DNA from: Hadesarchaea archaeon
Lineage (GTDB): Archaea; Hadarchaeota; Hadarchaeia; Hadarchaeales; Hadarchaeaceae
Assembly (NCBI GenBank): GCA_029259175.1
Contig: JAPDJH010000004.1
Coordinates: 163,645-187,644, forward strand
Direction of reading: 5' to 3'
Length of the DNA stretch: 24,000 bases
Shown: in pieces, positions 1-7,609 of the stretch
Layout of the letters: each line of letters opens with the position of its first letter
Numbering within the stretch: the stretch's first letter is position 1
Made by a program: the position numbers and the translations under genes
Notes under the pieces: model-generated
What the model was told of the DNA's origin: nothing
The model's input: only the letters and a program-made list of their open reading frames with translations
Database searches by the model: none

Positions 1-513
1 CTGATAGCGAGGCACGTATGCCGGTTTGCCATAACTGAGATACTTATCAAAAGCCTGCATCATGTTAGACACAACACCACGTTTGACGAGCAAGCTGGCG
101 ATGTGAGTGCGGCCCAAAATTGCTGCGTTGCCTGCTTCGGCAAGTACGTCCTCATAAGAGATCTTGATCCCGAGCTTTTGGAGTTCTTCGATTATCCTTC
201 TGATCCTCCACGCTCGAGCGGCTTGAGACCGACTGATCTCGGTGAGCAATGAACGGTTTTTCCAGTCGATGAAATAACCGATGATGTGGGCCTCTCGAGG
301 GCCCTCCTCGTACATCAATTCGACACCGGGGATAACCTCCACACCATATCGTTCGCCGGCTTCGACTGCCTCTGGGATGGCCTCGACTGACTCGTGATCT
401 ACAATAGCGATAGCGGCCAAGCCCTTTTCTTTGGCCAAACGAACGGCTTCGGCGGGAGAAACACGACCCATAGAAGCGATGGTTCTAACGTGCAAATCGG
501 CTTTTTTAGGCAT
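1..513 (-). CDS. PHP-domain metal-dependent phosphoesterase (N-terminal 171 aa; remainder runs off the window edge)
   Basis: My own minus-strand translation from the ATG at 513-511 gives MPKKADLHVRTIASMGRVSPAEAVRLAKEKGLAAIAIVDHESVEAIPEAVEAGERYGVEVIPGVEL... The motif order is that of the PHP family (DLHxxT, AIAIVDH, IPGVEL). The first motif reads HVR rather than the canonical HxH. The ORF is open at the window edge, so it is absent from the ORF track. Confidence 0.7.
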   Translation of the reverse strand, partial: MPKKADLHVRTIASMGRVSPAEAVRLAKEKGLAAIAIVDHESVEAIPEAVEAGERYGVEVIPGVELMYEEGPREAHIIGYFIDWKNRSLLTEISRSQAARAWRIRRIIEELQKLGIKISYEDVLAEAGNAAILGRTHIASLLVKRGVVSNMMQAFDKYLSYGKPAYVPRYQ

Positions 514-562
514 CAGCCCCCTAGTATTACTCTACGTGTTTTGCGATAAATTCCTTTTGGAG

Positions 563-1267
563 CTATGAAATTAGTGGAAAGATTTGTTCAAAAATGTAGT
601 TCACAAAATCGTGGAGATCGGCACGGCTGAACAGCGTGACCACACAGTTGCGCGTGATCCCAATCACGAGCCCCCGATCTCTGATCTCGAAGAGCACGTA
701 CCAGATCTTCCCGTGCTTGAGATACTCTTTGTAGAGTTTGGTGTCGGCTAAGGCGGATCCTGCTAGAGCCAGCTTTCCGATTCCGGGGAGGTCTACGCTG
801 TCAAACCATATGAGCTTGGTGGCCTGTGGATTGGATTCGTGGAGTTCACGCAGAGTCTCGTGGGTGATCTGGGTTTCTACTATCGGGCCGGGCTTGATAA
901 ACAAGATCTCGCTCATTTTGTTGGCCACGAAGTTGGTCAACAGCTTCTTGACCCCTCGGGCCTTGGAGGGGGCAAGCACTGTTAAAAACATGCGCGAATC
1001 GTGGGGACGGAACCAGAACGGTACTTCCTCGGTCACAGGGGTTTCTATCAGTCCGCGCTTGTAGTGGCGGGCCATGATAAAGTCCTTGCTAAAGATGCCG
1101 GAGAGTGTGTCCTTCTCCAGTTTGAGGTCTAGAATCTCGGTCGAGAGGTTTATTTCTCCTTTCTGGGTTTTGTGGGGGCGCTCTTCTTTGAAATCCCTGA
1201 GTTTTCGCGCGATTGTCGGCAGAGACATGCGCTCCTTTATTTCAAAGATCTTGGCTACCAGAACCAT
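563..1267 (-). CDS. hypothetical protein (234 aa), no recognisable motif
   Basis: Long ORF with an ATG start. It lies 49 nt upstream of the PHP gene on the same strand, with a GGGGG Shine-Dalgarno-like run before the PHP ATG. It is divergent from the SMC-like operon. I recognise no catalytic or nucleotide-binding motif. Confidence 0.6.
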   Translation of the reverse strand: MVLVAKIFEIKERMSLPTIARKLRDFKEERPHKTQKGEINLSTEILDLKLEKDTLSGIFSKDFIMARHYKRGLIETPVTEEVPFWFRPHDSRMFLTVLAPSKARGVKKLLTNFVANKMSEILFIKPGPIVETQITHETLRELHESNPQATKLIWFDSVDLPGIGKLALAGSALADTKLYKEYLKHGKIWYVLFEIRDRGLVIGITRNCVVTLFSRADLHDFVNYIFEQIFPLIS

Positions 1268-1324
1268 AGAATCACTTTATTTATGGTTGCTGGGCTCTTT
1301 AAACTGCGACGGAGAAAGGATAAG

Positions 1325-3208
1325 ATGGTGAGAGAGATGGGGTGTGCGATCATCAGGGAAGTCATCTTGGAGAACTTCATGAGCCATGAGTACTCGCGGA
1401 TTCCGCTCACGCCCGGATTGAATGTGATCTGTGGGCCCAACGGGGCGGGAAAATCGTCCATATTGCTGGGTATTGCGGTGGCGCTGGGTCAGAGCTATAC
1501 CGAGCGCTCAAAGCGCTTGGGCGATCTCATCATGCGCGGGAAGAAGCTGGCTCGGGTAAGTCTGGTGTTCGATAACCGGGCTGAGAACGGAAAGCGTCCA
1601 ATTCCCGAGATAAATTCTGACACCATTGTTTTGTCACGCTATCTGAGCAAGGACGGCACCTACTGGTATCAGATAAACAACCGCACAGTAACAAAGGGGG
1701 ATGTGCTGCGGTTGTTAGGTAGGTTATCGATAGATCCGGACAACATGCTCATCATCATGCATCAGAACATGATCGATGTGTTCGGAGCTACGGATGCGAG
1801 TGAAAAACTGCGGATGGTGGAGGAAGCAGTTGGGATCCAAAGCTATAGGGAAAAGATCATGGAAGCGCAACAAAAGCTCTCCCACACACTGAGCGAGGAA
1901 GAATCGGTAAGGGTGATGCTGCAAAAAGCCCAAGAAACGCTGCGCTACTGGGAGGGGGAGTACGAACGGCTCAAGCGCAAGCGCGAGCTCGAGCGAAGGA
2001 AAAAACAGTTGGAGTTGGAATACGCTTGGTCCAAAGTGGTGAGGCAGGAAAAGGCAGTAGCTGATCTCGAGAGACAGATAGAGAACATGAAAAACGAACT
2101 GGAAGGGGTAAGAGAAGAGCTGAAGAAATGGGACAAAAAACAGCACGTGTTGACTAACAAGTTGAGAGAGCTTGATAGTCAAGTGGACGGGCTGTATCGT
2201 CGGCTCGTGGAGATCGGTCGGTGGGAGGCAAGACATCAAACCAGGCTCGAGCTGCTAGAACGTGTACAAAAAATCGCTGAGCTGAAAGAGAACATGCATT
2301 TCTTGAAAGAGGAGGCCGAGAAGGCCAAAAAGGAGATGGCGGAGGTGGAGGGTCTTCTAAGCAAGGCCAAAAGAAAGAGAGAAGAAATCCAAAAATCGTT
2401 GATAGAGGCGAGTGCAAAAAGCGCAGTGTTAGAATTTCGGCAAGGGTTGTTGGAGCACGAGCTTTCGGATCTCAGGAGAGAACTGAGACGAGCGCGACGT
2501 GAGCTAGAAGAAACGACAGAGGAAGCACAGAAGATCGGGAGGCGTGTCGAAACCGCGCGAAAACCGCAGGAGGTGCTCGACGAACTGCGACTGGTGAACG
2601 CCCAGCTCGGCACGCTGGCAGACGTGCCGGCGGATGCTGAGCACATGTACCTCAGCTACAAATCGACGTTGAGAGAGCTGGAAAAGAAGGCGAGAGAGGT
2701 GGAGCGAAACAGACAGAGAGCACTCGAAGAGCTGGAGCTGCGCAAACAGCGATGGAGAGAGGAGATGGAACGATTGATTTCTGAGATCAACAAAGAATAT
2801 CGGAGGTTTTTGGAGCGAGTGGGGGGAACGGGTGAGATCTCGCTGGTTAACGCGGAAGATATCGAGAGCGCAGGGTTGGAACTCACGGTGGGATTCAAGG
2901 GCATAACGCCGCAGATCTTGGACGCATACACTCAGAGCGGAGGGGAGCGCACGACGGCTTTGATGTGCTTCTTGTTGGCGCTTCAAAGGAGGATAAAGTC
3001 GCCGGTGCGAGCGATCGACGAATTCGAGGCGCACTTGGATCCGAGGAATCGGGAAAATCTCTTCCAAAGCGTTGCGGAGGTCGCGAACAGCGACACGGCG
3101 CAGTACTTGGTGATAACACCCGGACGGCTGGCAGGTATTGAAAAAGCGTTCAATGTGATCGTGGTGCAAAGCGTTGGCGGGGTGTCCAAGGTGGGGGTGG
3201 TAACATGA
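1325..3208 (+). CDS. short SMC-family ATPase with SMC5/SMC6-like head motifs (about 627 aa, hinge-less short coiled coil)
   Basis: The start is placed at the in-frame ATG at 1325 (MVREMGCAIIREVILENFMSHE...), because the track start at 1172 overlaps the divergent gene. Walker A is GPNGAGKSS, the signature motif is QSGGERTTALMCFLLALQ, and Walker B/D-loop is VRAIDEFEAHLDPRNRENLF. About 280 aa of E/K/R/L-rich heptad-like sequence lies between the head halves, with no Cys hook and no Gly-rich hinge. ENFMSH, GKSSILLGIAVALG and the C-terminal head resemble SMC5/6 as I remember them. Confidence 0.85.
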   Translation: MVREMGCAIIREVILENFMSHEYSRIPLTPGLNVICGPNGAGKSSILLGIAVALGQSYTERSKRLGDLIMRGKKLARVSLVFDNRAENGKRPIPEINSDTIVLSRYLSKDGTYWYQINNRTVTKGDVLRLLGRLSIDPDNMLIIMHQNMIDVFGATDASEKLRMVEEAVGIQSYREKIMEAQQKLSHTLSEEESVRVMLQKAQETLRYWEGEYERLKRKRELERRKKQLELEYAWSKVVRQEKAVADLERQIENMKNELEGVREELKKWDKKQHVLTNKLRELDSQVDGLYRRLVEIGRWEARHQTRLELLERVQKIAELKENMHFLKEEAEKAKKEMAEVEGLLSKAKRKREEIQKSLIEASAKSAVLEFRQGLLEHELSDLRRELRRARRELEETTEEAQKIGRRVETARKPQEVLDELRLVNAQLGTLADVPADAEHMYLSYKSTLRELEKKAREVERNRQRALEELELRKQRWREEMERLISEINKEYRRFLERVGGTGEISLVNAEDIESAGLELTVGFKGITPQILDAYTQSGGERTTALMCFLLALQRRIKSPVRAIDEFEAHLDPRNRENLFQSVAEVANSDTAQYLVITPGRLAGIEKAFNVIVVQSVGGVSKVGVVT

Positions 3209-4011
3209 GGCGGAGCGAGCGGCGTGAATTATTGGAACGCGTCATAGAGCTGGCGGAAGCTGTTCGGTCAAAGGGGCTGGATCCGTTCGATGTTCGGGTG
3301 CGGGAGTTCTTCCAGAAGCTGCGCGAGCTGCTGCCGATGCTCCGAAGCTATGAGGAGTTGTTTCTGGATGCGCAGGCGGTATTGGGGCTCTCAGACGTTA
3401 TCCAGCACCAAGAGGAGTGGGTGAAACACCGCTCGTCGGTGCTCTATCTTGACCCGCTGCTGATAATGCTGAAGGTTCAAGCACTGGATTCTCAAGAGCT
3501 GGCCGAGATCTTTCTGAGGGTGTGGAAGCCGGTGGTGGAAGTGGAGGTGCTCTCGCCGGGCGGTCTGCGTGAGGCTCTGGACTACTGGACGGAACTCTCA
3601 CCGCTGAGTGAGCGGGCGAAAGAGCTGGAGGGAGGCGGTAAAGGGGTTTCAGCGATCGGTGAAAGGGAGCTGGAGCGGTGGGGGGTGCTGGAAAGGGAGG
3701 AGTTCGAAAAATTGTTGGAGAAAACGCGACGGGAACTCGAGAGAACGTGTGGGAAAGAGGGAAAGGTCTCCTACTGGGAGTTCGTGAAGGGCCCAAGTTA
3801 TGAGCAGACGGTAAAGCGGGCGTGGATGGTGAGCTTTCTGGTTTCCTATGGATACGCCGATCTCGAGCTTGATCCGCTAGAGGAGGAAATAACCATCCGG
3901 ATTCGGGGAGAGAGAGGGCAGCCGGAGGAGGTGAAGTCGCTCCCCATTGCGATCACGAAAGAATGGTGGAGGGGCAGATATGCAGGAAGAAGTGGCAGAG
4001 CTGCGGCATAA
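3205..4011 (+). CDS. kleisin-like (ScpA/Nse4-like) SMC bridging subunit
   Basis: Its start overlaps the SMC stop in an ATGA. The N-terminal helical segment is RRELLERVIELAEAVRSKGLDPFDVRVREFF. The C-terminal segment VKRAWMVSFLVSYGYADLELDPLEEEITIRI resembles the ScpA C-terminal winged helix. Its position between an SMC gene and a KITE-like gene supports the call. Confidence 0.6.
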   Translation: MRRSERRELLERVIELAEAVRSKGLDPFDVRVREFFQKLRELLPMLRSYEELFLDAQAVLGLSDVIQHQEEWVKHRSSVLYLDPLLIMLKVQALDSQELAEIFLRVWKPVVEVEVLSPGGLREALDYWTELSPLSERAKELEGGGKGVSAIGERELERWGVLEREEFEKLLEKTRRELERTCGKEGKVSYWEFVKGPSYEQTVKRAWMVSFLVSYGYADLELDPLEEEITIRIRGERGQPEEVKSLPIAITKEWWRGRYAGRSGRAAA

Positions 4012-4519
4012 GCTTGCACGGGCGGCACAGCTTCTGTTGTTCAAGCACCACATGCACCCAGGAGCGAAGCGGTGGGAGCTCCGGCGGGCGCTGGGACGAA
4101 ATTACGAGCAGGTCCTGCGGGCGCTCGATCAGGAGCTAAGCAAACTGGGGCTCAAGGTAAAAAAGGTAGAAGGGGGGGATGCGGATTCGGATCTCTTTGT
4201 AGTGACGTTCAAGGAGCACCCGCCGCTCAACGAGTTCCGCACGTTCGGGTGGAGAATAGACGATATGGCCATGCTGACGGCCGTGCTGGCCCATCTGGTG
4301 GTCAAGGGAGGGAAGGCTCCAGCGAAGGAAGTCATGCAGATACTGGAGGAAAAGTTTCCGAAGTGGCGAGTGCAGGCGGGGATCGATCGGTTTATCCGGA
4401 GGGGGTATCTGTCGGAGGACGACAAGGGGGTGCTTTACATAGGGTGGCGGACGAGGGCAGAGATCGATCAGCAAACGCTTGTCGGGCTTTTGCTGGGAAA
4501 GCCCGGTGAAAAGGGCTGA
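3980..4519 (+). CDS. MAGE/Nse3-like tandem winged-helix (KITE) protein, about 179 aa
   Basis: The start is taken at the in-frame ATG at 3980 (MQEEVAELRHKL...), overlapping the kleisin 3' end by 32 nt. WH-A is AAQLLLFKHHMHPGAKRWELRRALGRNYEQVLRALDQELSKLGLKVKKVEGGDADSDLFVVT. WH-B is MAMLTAVLAHLVVKGGKAPAKEVMQILEEKF...FIRRGYLSEDDKGVLYIGWRTRAEI. Both track the MAGE homology domain pattern remembered from human MAGE proteins (FLLxKY..EPxTKAEML...LxLVFGIELxEVD...YxLV, then LLxxVLxxIxxxGxxAPEExIWExL...LxYRQV....YEFxWGPRA). Confidence 0.65.
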   Translation: MQEEVAELRHKLARAAQLLLFKHHMHPGAKRWELRRALGRNYEQVLRALDQELSKLGLKVKKVEGGDADSDLFVVTFKEHPPLNEFRTFGWRIDDMAMLTAVLAHLVVKGGKAPAKEVMQILEEKFPKWRVQAGIDRFIRRGYLSEDDKGVLYIGWRTRAEIDQQTLVGLLLGKPGEKG

Positions 4520-4558
4520 ACACAGTTTTAAGACCGGGAGATGAAGATTTTCTCGAGT

Positions 4559-4636
4559 GGGCCGGTAGCTCAGTCTGGTATGAGCGCTCGCTTCGCAAGC
4601 GAGAGGTCGCGGGTTCAAATCCCGCCCGGTCCACCA
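4559..4636 (+). tRNA. tRNA-Ala (anticodon CGC), genomically encoded CCA
   Basis: Hand-folded cloverleaf. The acceptor stem is GGGCCGG/CCGGTCC and includes the G3:U70 alanine identity pair. The D stem is GCTC/GAGC. The anticodon stem is CTCGC/GCGAG with loop TTCGCAA. The T arm is GCGGG-TTCAAAT-CCCGC, the discriminator is A, and CCA follows. Confidence 0.92.
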
Positions 4637-4812
4637 CTCGAATTGCTCAGCGATCCATCTTGGTCATAGCTGTGAGGATGTCAGAAGCAGCAGATAAGGC
4701 GATAGGAGTCCTCTTCGGAAGTCTGGGTCTCCCGCGCGGCCCCGTTCTAGGAGGGGTGAGGGCTCACTCGGGTGCTCAAGCCAATGAAGAACGGCCTCGG
4801 TGATGCCTGGGG

Positions 4813-5220
4813 TCAGGTCGAAACCCGTTGCCAAGACTCGATGAGATGGGGAACAGTGTCGTAGGTGGGGAGTTCCTCGGGAAGCACCCACCGGGCTTCC
4901 TCGTGTTCCCAGTCGAGACGGATGTGAGGGGTTGGGGTGCGAAAGCGGAAAGGGTGGATGATCCAGATCACGCCTACGGTGTGGTCGTGGAACTCGTAGG
5001 GCTCGCCGCGCTTGACCAGTTCGACGTTGGTGAGGCCCGTTTCCTCACGAATTTCTTTGAAAGCCGTCTGCTCGGGGGTCTCACCGGGCTCCACATAGCC
5101 GGCGACCGCGCCCCACTTTCCACGGTAGGTACGAACGAGCTGGCTTCGCTTCATAATCAGGATCTTACGGTTGTGCTCTAGAAAGCAAGTCACGACGTGT
5201 TTCCGTGGGAGGGTCATCAA
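4813..5220 (-). CDS. NUDIX hydrolase
   Basis: Nudix box GKWGAVAGYVEPGETPEQTAFKEIREETGL (Gx5Ex7REUxEExGU) in a 135-aa ORF. Confidence 0.9.
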   Translation of the reverse strand: MMTLPRKHVVTCFLEHNRKILIMKRSQLVRTYRGKWGAVAGYVEPGETPEQTAFKEIREETGLTNVELVKRGEPYEFHDHTVGVIWIIHPFRFRTPTPHIRLDWEHEEARWVLPEELPTYDTVPHLIESWQRVST

Positions 5221-5257
5221 AAAACAGTTTGTCGATTATGATTTTAATAGAGTTGGT

Positions 5258-5512
5258 GGTGTCCCATATGGGACACCACATCGCCTCTTGATACTTCGAG
5301 CGAAATCAAGCCACAACTATGGGACACTCGACAGAAATCGATCTGTTGTACAGTGTCCCATATGGGACAGTTCTATAGAGTTGGTGTGGCGGAAATAGAT
5401 TTTTTTGAAAAAAACCAATACCTTCCTCGCGCATGTCCCATATGGGACGTTCCGCCAGATCAGTTTCATTAATCAAGACTGTGAAGCACGTTCAGATTGT
5501 CCCATATGGGAC
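5258..5512. repeat. array of four perfect 14-bp palindromes GTCCCATATGGGAC, plus a half-site and a 12-nt direct repeat
   Basis: Exact copies lie at 5261-5274 (extended palindrome GGTGTCCCATATGGGACACC, 5258-5277), 5355-5368, 5435-5448 and 5499-5512. Start-to-start spacing is 94, 80 and 64 bp. A half-site CTATGGGACAC lies near 5317-5327. The 12-mer ATAGAGTTGGTG occurs at 5247-5258 and 5375-5386. A T7-G-A7 tract at 5400-5414 lies between copies 2 and 3. Confidence 0.9.
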
Positions 5513-5557
5513 ATCGCTCAAAGGTATTTTTAACGAATGGAATCAATGAGAAAATGT

Positions 5558-5630
5558 GGGCCCGTGGTCTAGTGGTTATGACGTCACCCTGACACGGTGG
5601 AGGTCGTGGGTTCGAATCCCACCGGGCCCA
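5558..5630 (+). tRNA. tRNA-Val (anticodon GAC)
   Basis: Hand-folded cloverleaf. The acceptor stem is GGGCCCG/CGGGCCC. The anticodon stem is TCACC/GGTGG with loop CTGACAC. The T arm is GTGGG-TTCGAAT-CCCAC and the discriminator is A. CCA is not encoded. A T-run follows. Confidence 0.9.
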
Positions 5631-5835
5631 CCTTTTCCGGCAACCGATTCTTTGAGAACAAGCGTCAGAAGCATCGGCCATTGAATCCCGTCTTTACAAC
5701 TTCTCCTACGTGGTCACTCTGCTGGCATATGGGTTTAGAGAAGAACAAGTTCAATTCCTCCGAGTATGGCGGGAGAAGAGCTGGCAGATCTTCACATCAA
5801 GCTCCGATTCCGACCGGATCTTCGCGCTCATACCG

Positions 5836-6762
5836 TTAAGCAGCGGCTCTCCGCATCAGCTCAAACATCCGGTCGATAGCTGACTTGGTTTTGGCTGCTA
5901 TGGGCTCCTCAACTTTTACCTCGTGCTTTTCGTCGCGCAACGCTAGGTAAAGCTTTTCCAAGTTGTGCTCCTTCATTTGCTCGCACACCGCCGTTTCCAG
6001 CGCCGGTATGAACTCCTTGTCCGGGAGCTCTCGCTTGAGCCGGTAGATCATCCCAACCTCGGTTCCTATGATGAAGCGCTTTGCTGGCGACTCTTGGGCA
6101 TACGATAACATCTGACTGGTGCTACAGATCCGGTCTGCAAGTTTCTGAACTTCCGGGTCGCACTCGGGGTGAACCAAAACCTCGGCATCGGGATGCTGTT
6201 TCTTTTTTAGAAGGATATCTGCTGGTGTGAACATCCGGTGTACATAGCAGTAACCCTGATCCGGAATCGCGATAACTCTTTTTGATGATCTCTGCTGCAC
6301 AAACCACGCCAAGTTCTTATCCGGTCCGAATATGACCGTGTCCTCTTCTAGCGCGTTAACTACCTTCGGAGCGTTCGCCGAGGTGCACACGGCCGTCGCC
6401 TCGGCCTTTGCTTCCGCCAGCGTGTTCACGTACAAGACGACCGGAGCATCTGGATATCGCCGCTTCGCCCGTCTAACTTCTTCAGCCGGAAGCTGCGCCG
6501 CCATGGGGCACCTAGCGGCGGGATCCGGAATCAAAACTTTCTTGTCGGGGTTGAGAACCGCTGCCATCTCAGCCATGAAGTTAACGCCGCAGAAAACCAC
6601 AATCTCAGCATCCAGCTCGGTTGAAGCCCTCGCCAATTCAAGAGAATCGCCCAGAATGTCAGCCAAGTCTTGAATCTCAGGTCTCTGGTAGTTGTGGGCC
6701 AGGATGATGGCGCGCTTCTTTTCTTTCAGGGCCCTTATTTTTTGACTCAACCCCTCGCCCAT
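5836..6762 (-). CDS. nadA: quinolinate synthase NadA
   Basis: [44 protein letters not shown]..., [11 protein letters not shown], and VHPECDPEV are typical NadA blocks. The start is moved to the internal ATG at 6762. The track's 82-aa N-terminal extension is low-complexity and overlaps thi4. Confidence 0.9.
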   Translation of the reverse strand: MGEGLSQKIRALKEKKRAIILAHNYQRPEIQDLADILGDSLELARASTELDAEIVVFCGVNFMAEMAAVLNPDKKVLIPDPAARCPMAAQLPAEEVRRAKRRYPDAPVVLYVNTLAEAKAEATAVCTSANAPKVVNALEEDTVIFGPDKNLAWFVQQRSSKRVIAIPDQGYCYVHRMFTPADILLKKKQHPDAEVLVHPECDPEVQKLADRICSTSQMLSYAQESPAKRFIIGTEVGMIYRLKRELPDKEFIPALETAVCEQMKEHNLEKLYLALRDEKHEVKVEEPIAAKTKSAIDRMFELMRRAAA

Positions 6763-6814
6763 GGTTTCGATAACACCATTATACCCAACCCTATTTAAGC
6801 AGAGAACCGAAAAG

Positions 6815-7609
6815 ATGAGAACGATGCCGGTCTTTGAACCCGTGAGCGAGCGCGAGATCACCCGAGCCATCGTCCAAGAGTTCGCCAAAGAACTCCAGCG
6901 CCACGCGGAAAGCGACGTCATCGTGGTGGGTGGCGGACCAAGTGGCCTCATGGCGGCCCGCGAACTCGCACGCAAGAACATCCGAGTCCTCGTGATCGAA
7001 CGCAACAACTACCTCGGGGGCGGCTTCTGGATAGGCGGCTATCTCATGAACAAGATCACGGTCCGGGCCCCAGGACAGGAGATCCTAGACGAACTAAAAG
7101 TCCCCTACACCGAGTTCTCAAAGGGTCTCTATGTCGCGGACGGGCCGCACGCGTGCTCAAAACTCATTGCTGCCGCCTGCGACGCCGGAGCCAAGATCCT
7201 CAACATGACATTCATCGAGGACGTGGTGTTGCGCGAAAACAACCGCGTTGGCGGCGTGGTCGTGAACTGGACTCCCATCAGCGCCCTGCCACGCGAAATA
7301 ACGTGCGTAGATCCCGTGGGGCTCGAAGCAAAATTCGTTGTGGACGCCACTGGACACGACGCAGCGGTGGTCCGACTGCTGGAGCGGCGCGGTCTGGTTA
7401 AAGTCCCCGGCTACGGCGCGATGTGGCTCGAGCGCTCGGAGGACGCGATAGTCGAACATACTGGCGAGTTCTATCCCGGGTTGGCTGTCACAGGAATGGC
7501 GGTATCTACGGCTTATGGTCTGCCAAGAATGGGGCCGACTTTTGGAGCGATGCTGTTGAGCGGGAAGCGAGTGGCCGAGGTAATCCATGAGAAGCTCAAA
7601 GGCACTTAG
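6815..7609 (+). CDS. thi4: thiazole synthase Thi4 (archaeal type)
   Basis: FAD/NAD-fold motif [19 protein letters not shown], plus [12 protein letters not shown] and [12 protein letters not shown]. The start is taken at the ATG at 6815 (MRTMPVF); 6824 is an alternative. The gene is divergent from nadA with about 52 bp between the starts. Confidence 0.9.
   Translation: MRTMPVFEPVSEREITRAIVQEFAKELQRHAESDVIVVGGGPSGLMAARELARKNIRVLVIERNNYLGGGFWIGGYLMNKITVRAPGQEILDELKVPYTEFSKGLYVADGPHACSKLIAAACDAGAKILNMTFIEDVVLRENNRVGGVVVNWTPISALPREITCVDPVGLEAKFVVDATGHDAAVVRLLERRGLVKVPGYGAMWLERSEDAIVEHTGEFYPGLAVTGMAVSTAYGLPRMGPTFGAMLLSGKRVAEVIHEKLKGT

Noticed and set aside
1172-1324. Upstream start at 1172 for the SMC-like gene; likewise 16703 for hypC and 18509 for the JAMM gene
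   Set aside because: These extensions overlap neighbouring well-supported genes and precede the conserved family N-termini. Those N-termini are the beta-strand before Walker A, MCLGVP of HypC, and the JAMM N-terminal helix.
1724-3169. Several minus-strand ORFs (171, 136, 221, 91 aa and others) opposite the SMC-like gene
   Set aside because: The coiled-coil coding sequence (GAG/AAG/CTC-rich) generates long antisense open frames. The products are low-complexity S/L/F/R-rich.
3398-4618. Alternative-frame or antisense ORFs 3398..3796(-), 4072..4509(+), 4129..4425(-), 4136..4618(-) and 4392..4637(-)
   Set aside because: They overlap the kleisin-like gene, the MAGE-like gene or tRNA-Ala. Their composition is P/R/G/A/S-rich and they carry no motifs. 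The last one runs antisense through the tRNA.
4640-4812. Possible small RNA, box C/D sRNA, or the 75-aa ORF 4664..4891(-) in the gap after tRNA-Ala
   Set aside because: I found no convincing RUGAUGA/CUGA box pairs at sRNA spacing and no strong hairpin. The ORF overlaps the NUDIX 3' end and has no motif. I cannot support a feature here.
5258-5512. Possible CRISPR array formed by the GTCCCATATGGGAC repeats
   Set aside because: The repeat unit is only 14 bp (20 bp at most for one copy). Start-to-start spacing is irregular at 94, 80 and 64 bp. No cas genes or leader-like organisation are present in the window.
4559-5630. Integrated mobile element bounded by the two tRNA genes
   Set aside because: No integrase, no duplicated tRNA 3' fragment (att-like direct repeat) and no phage or plasmid genes are present. 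Only a NUDIX hydrolase lies between the tRNAs.
6763-7008. Long N-terminal extension of nadA (track ORF start 7008), and the track start at 6761 for thi4
   Set aside because: The extension is low-complexity and overlaps thi4 on the opposite strand. The conserved NadA and Thi4 N-termini begin at the internal ATGs at 6762 and 6815.
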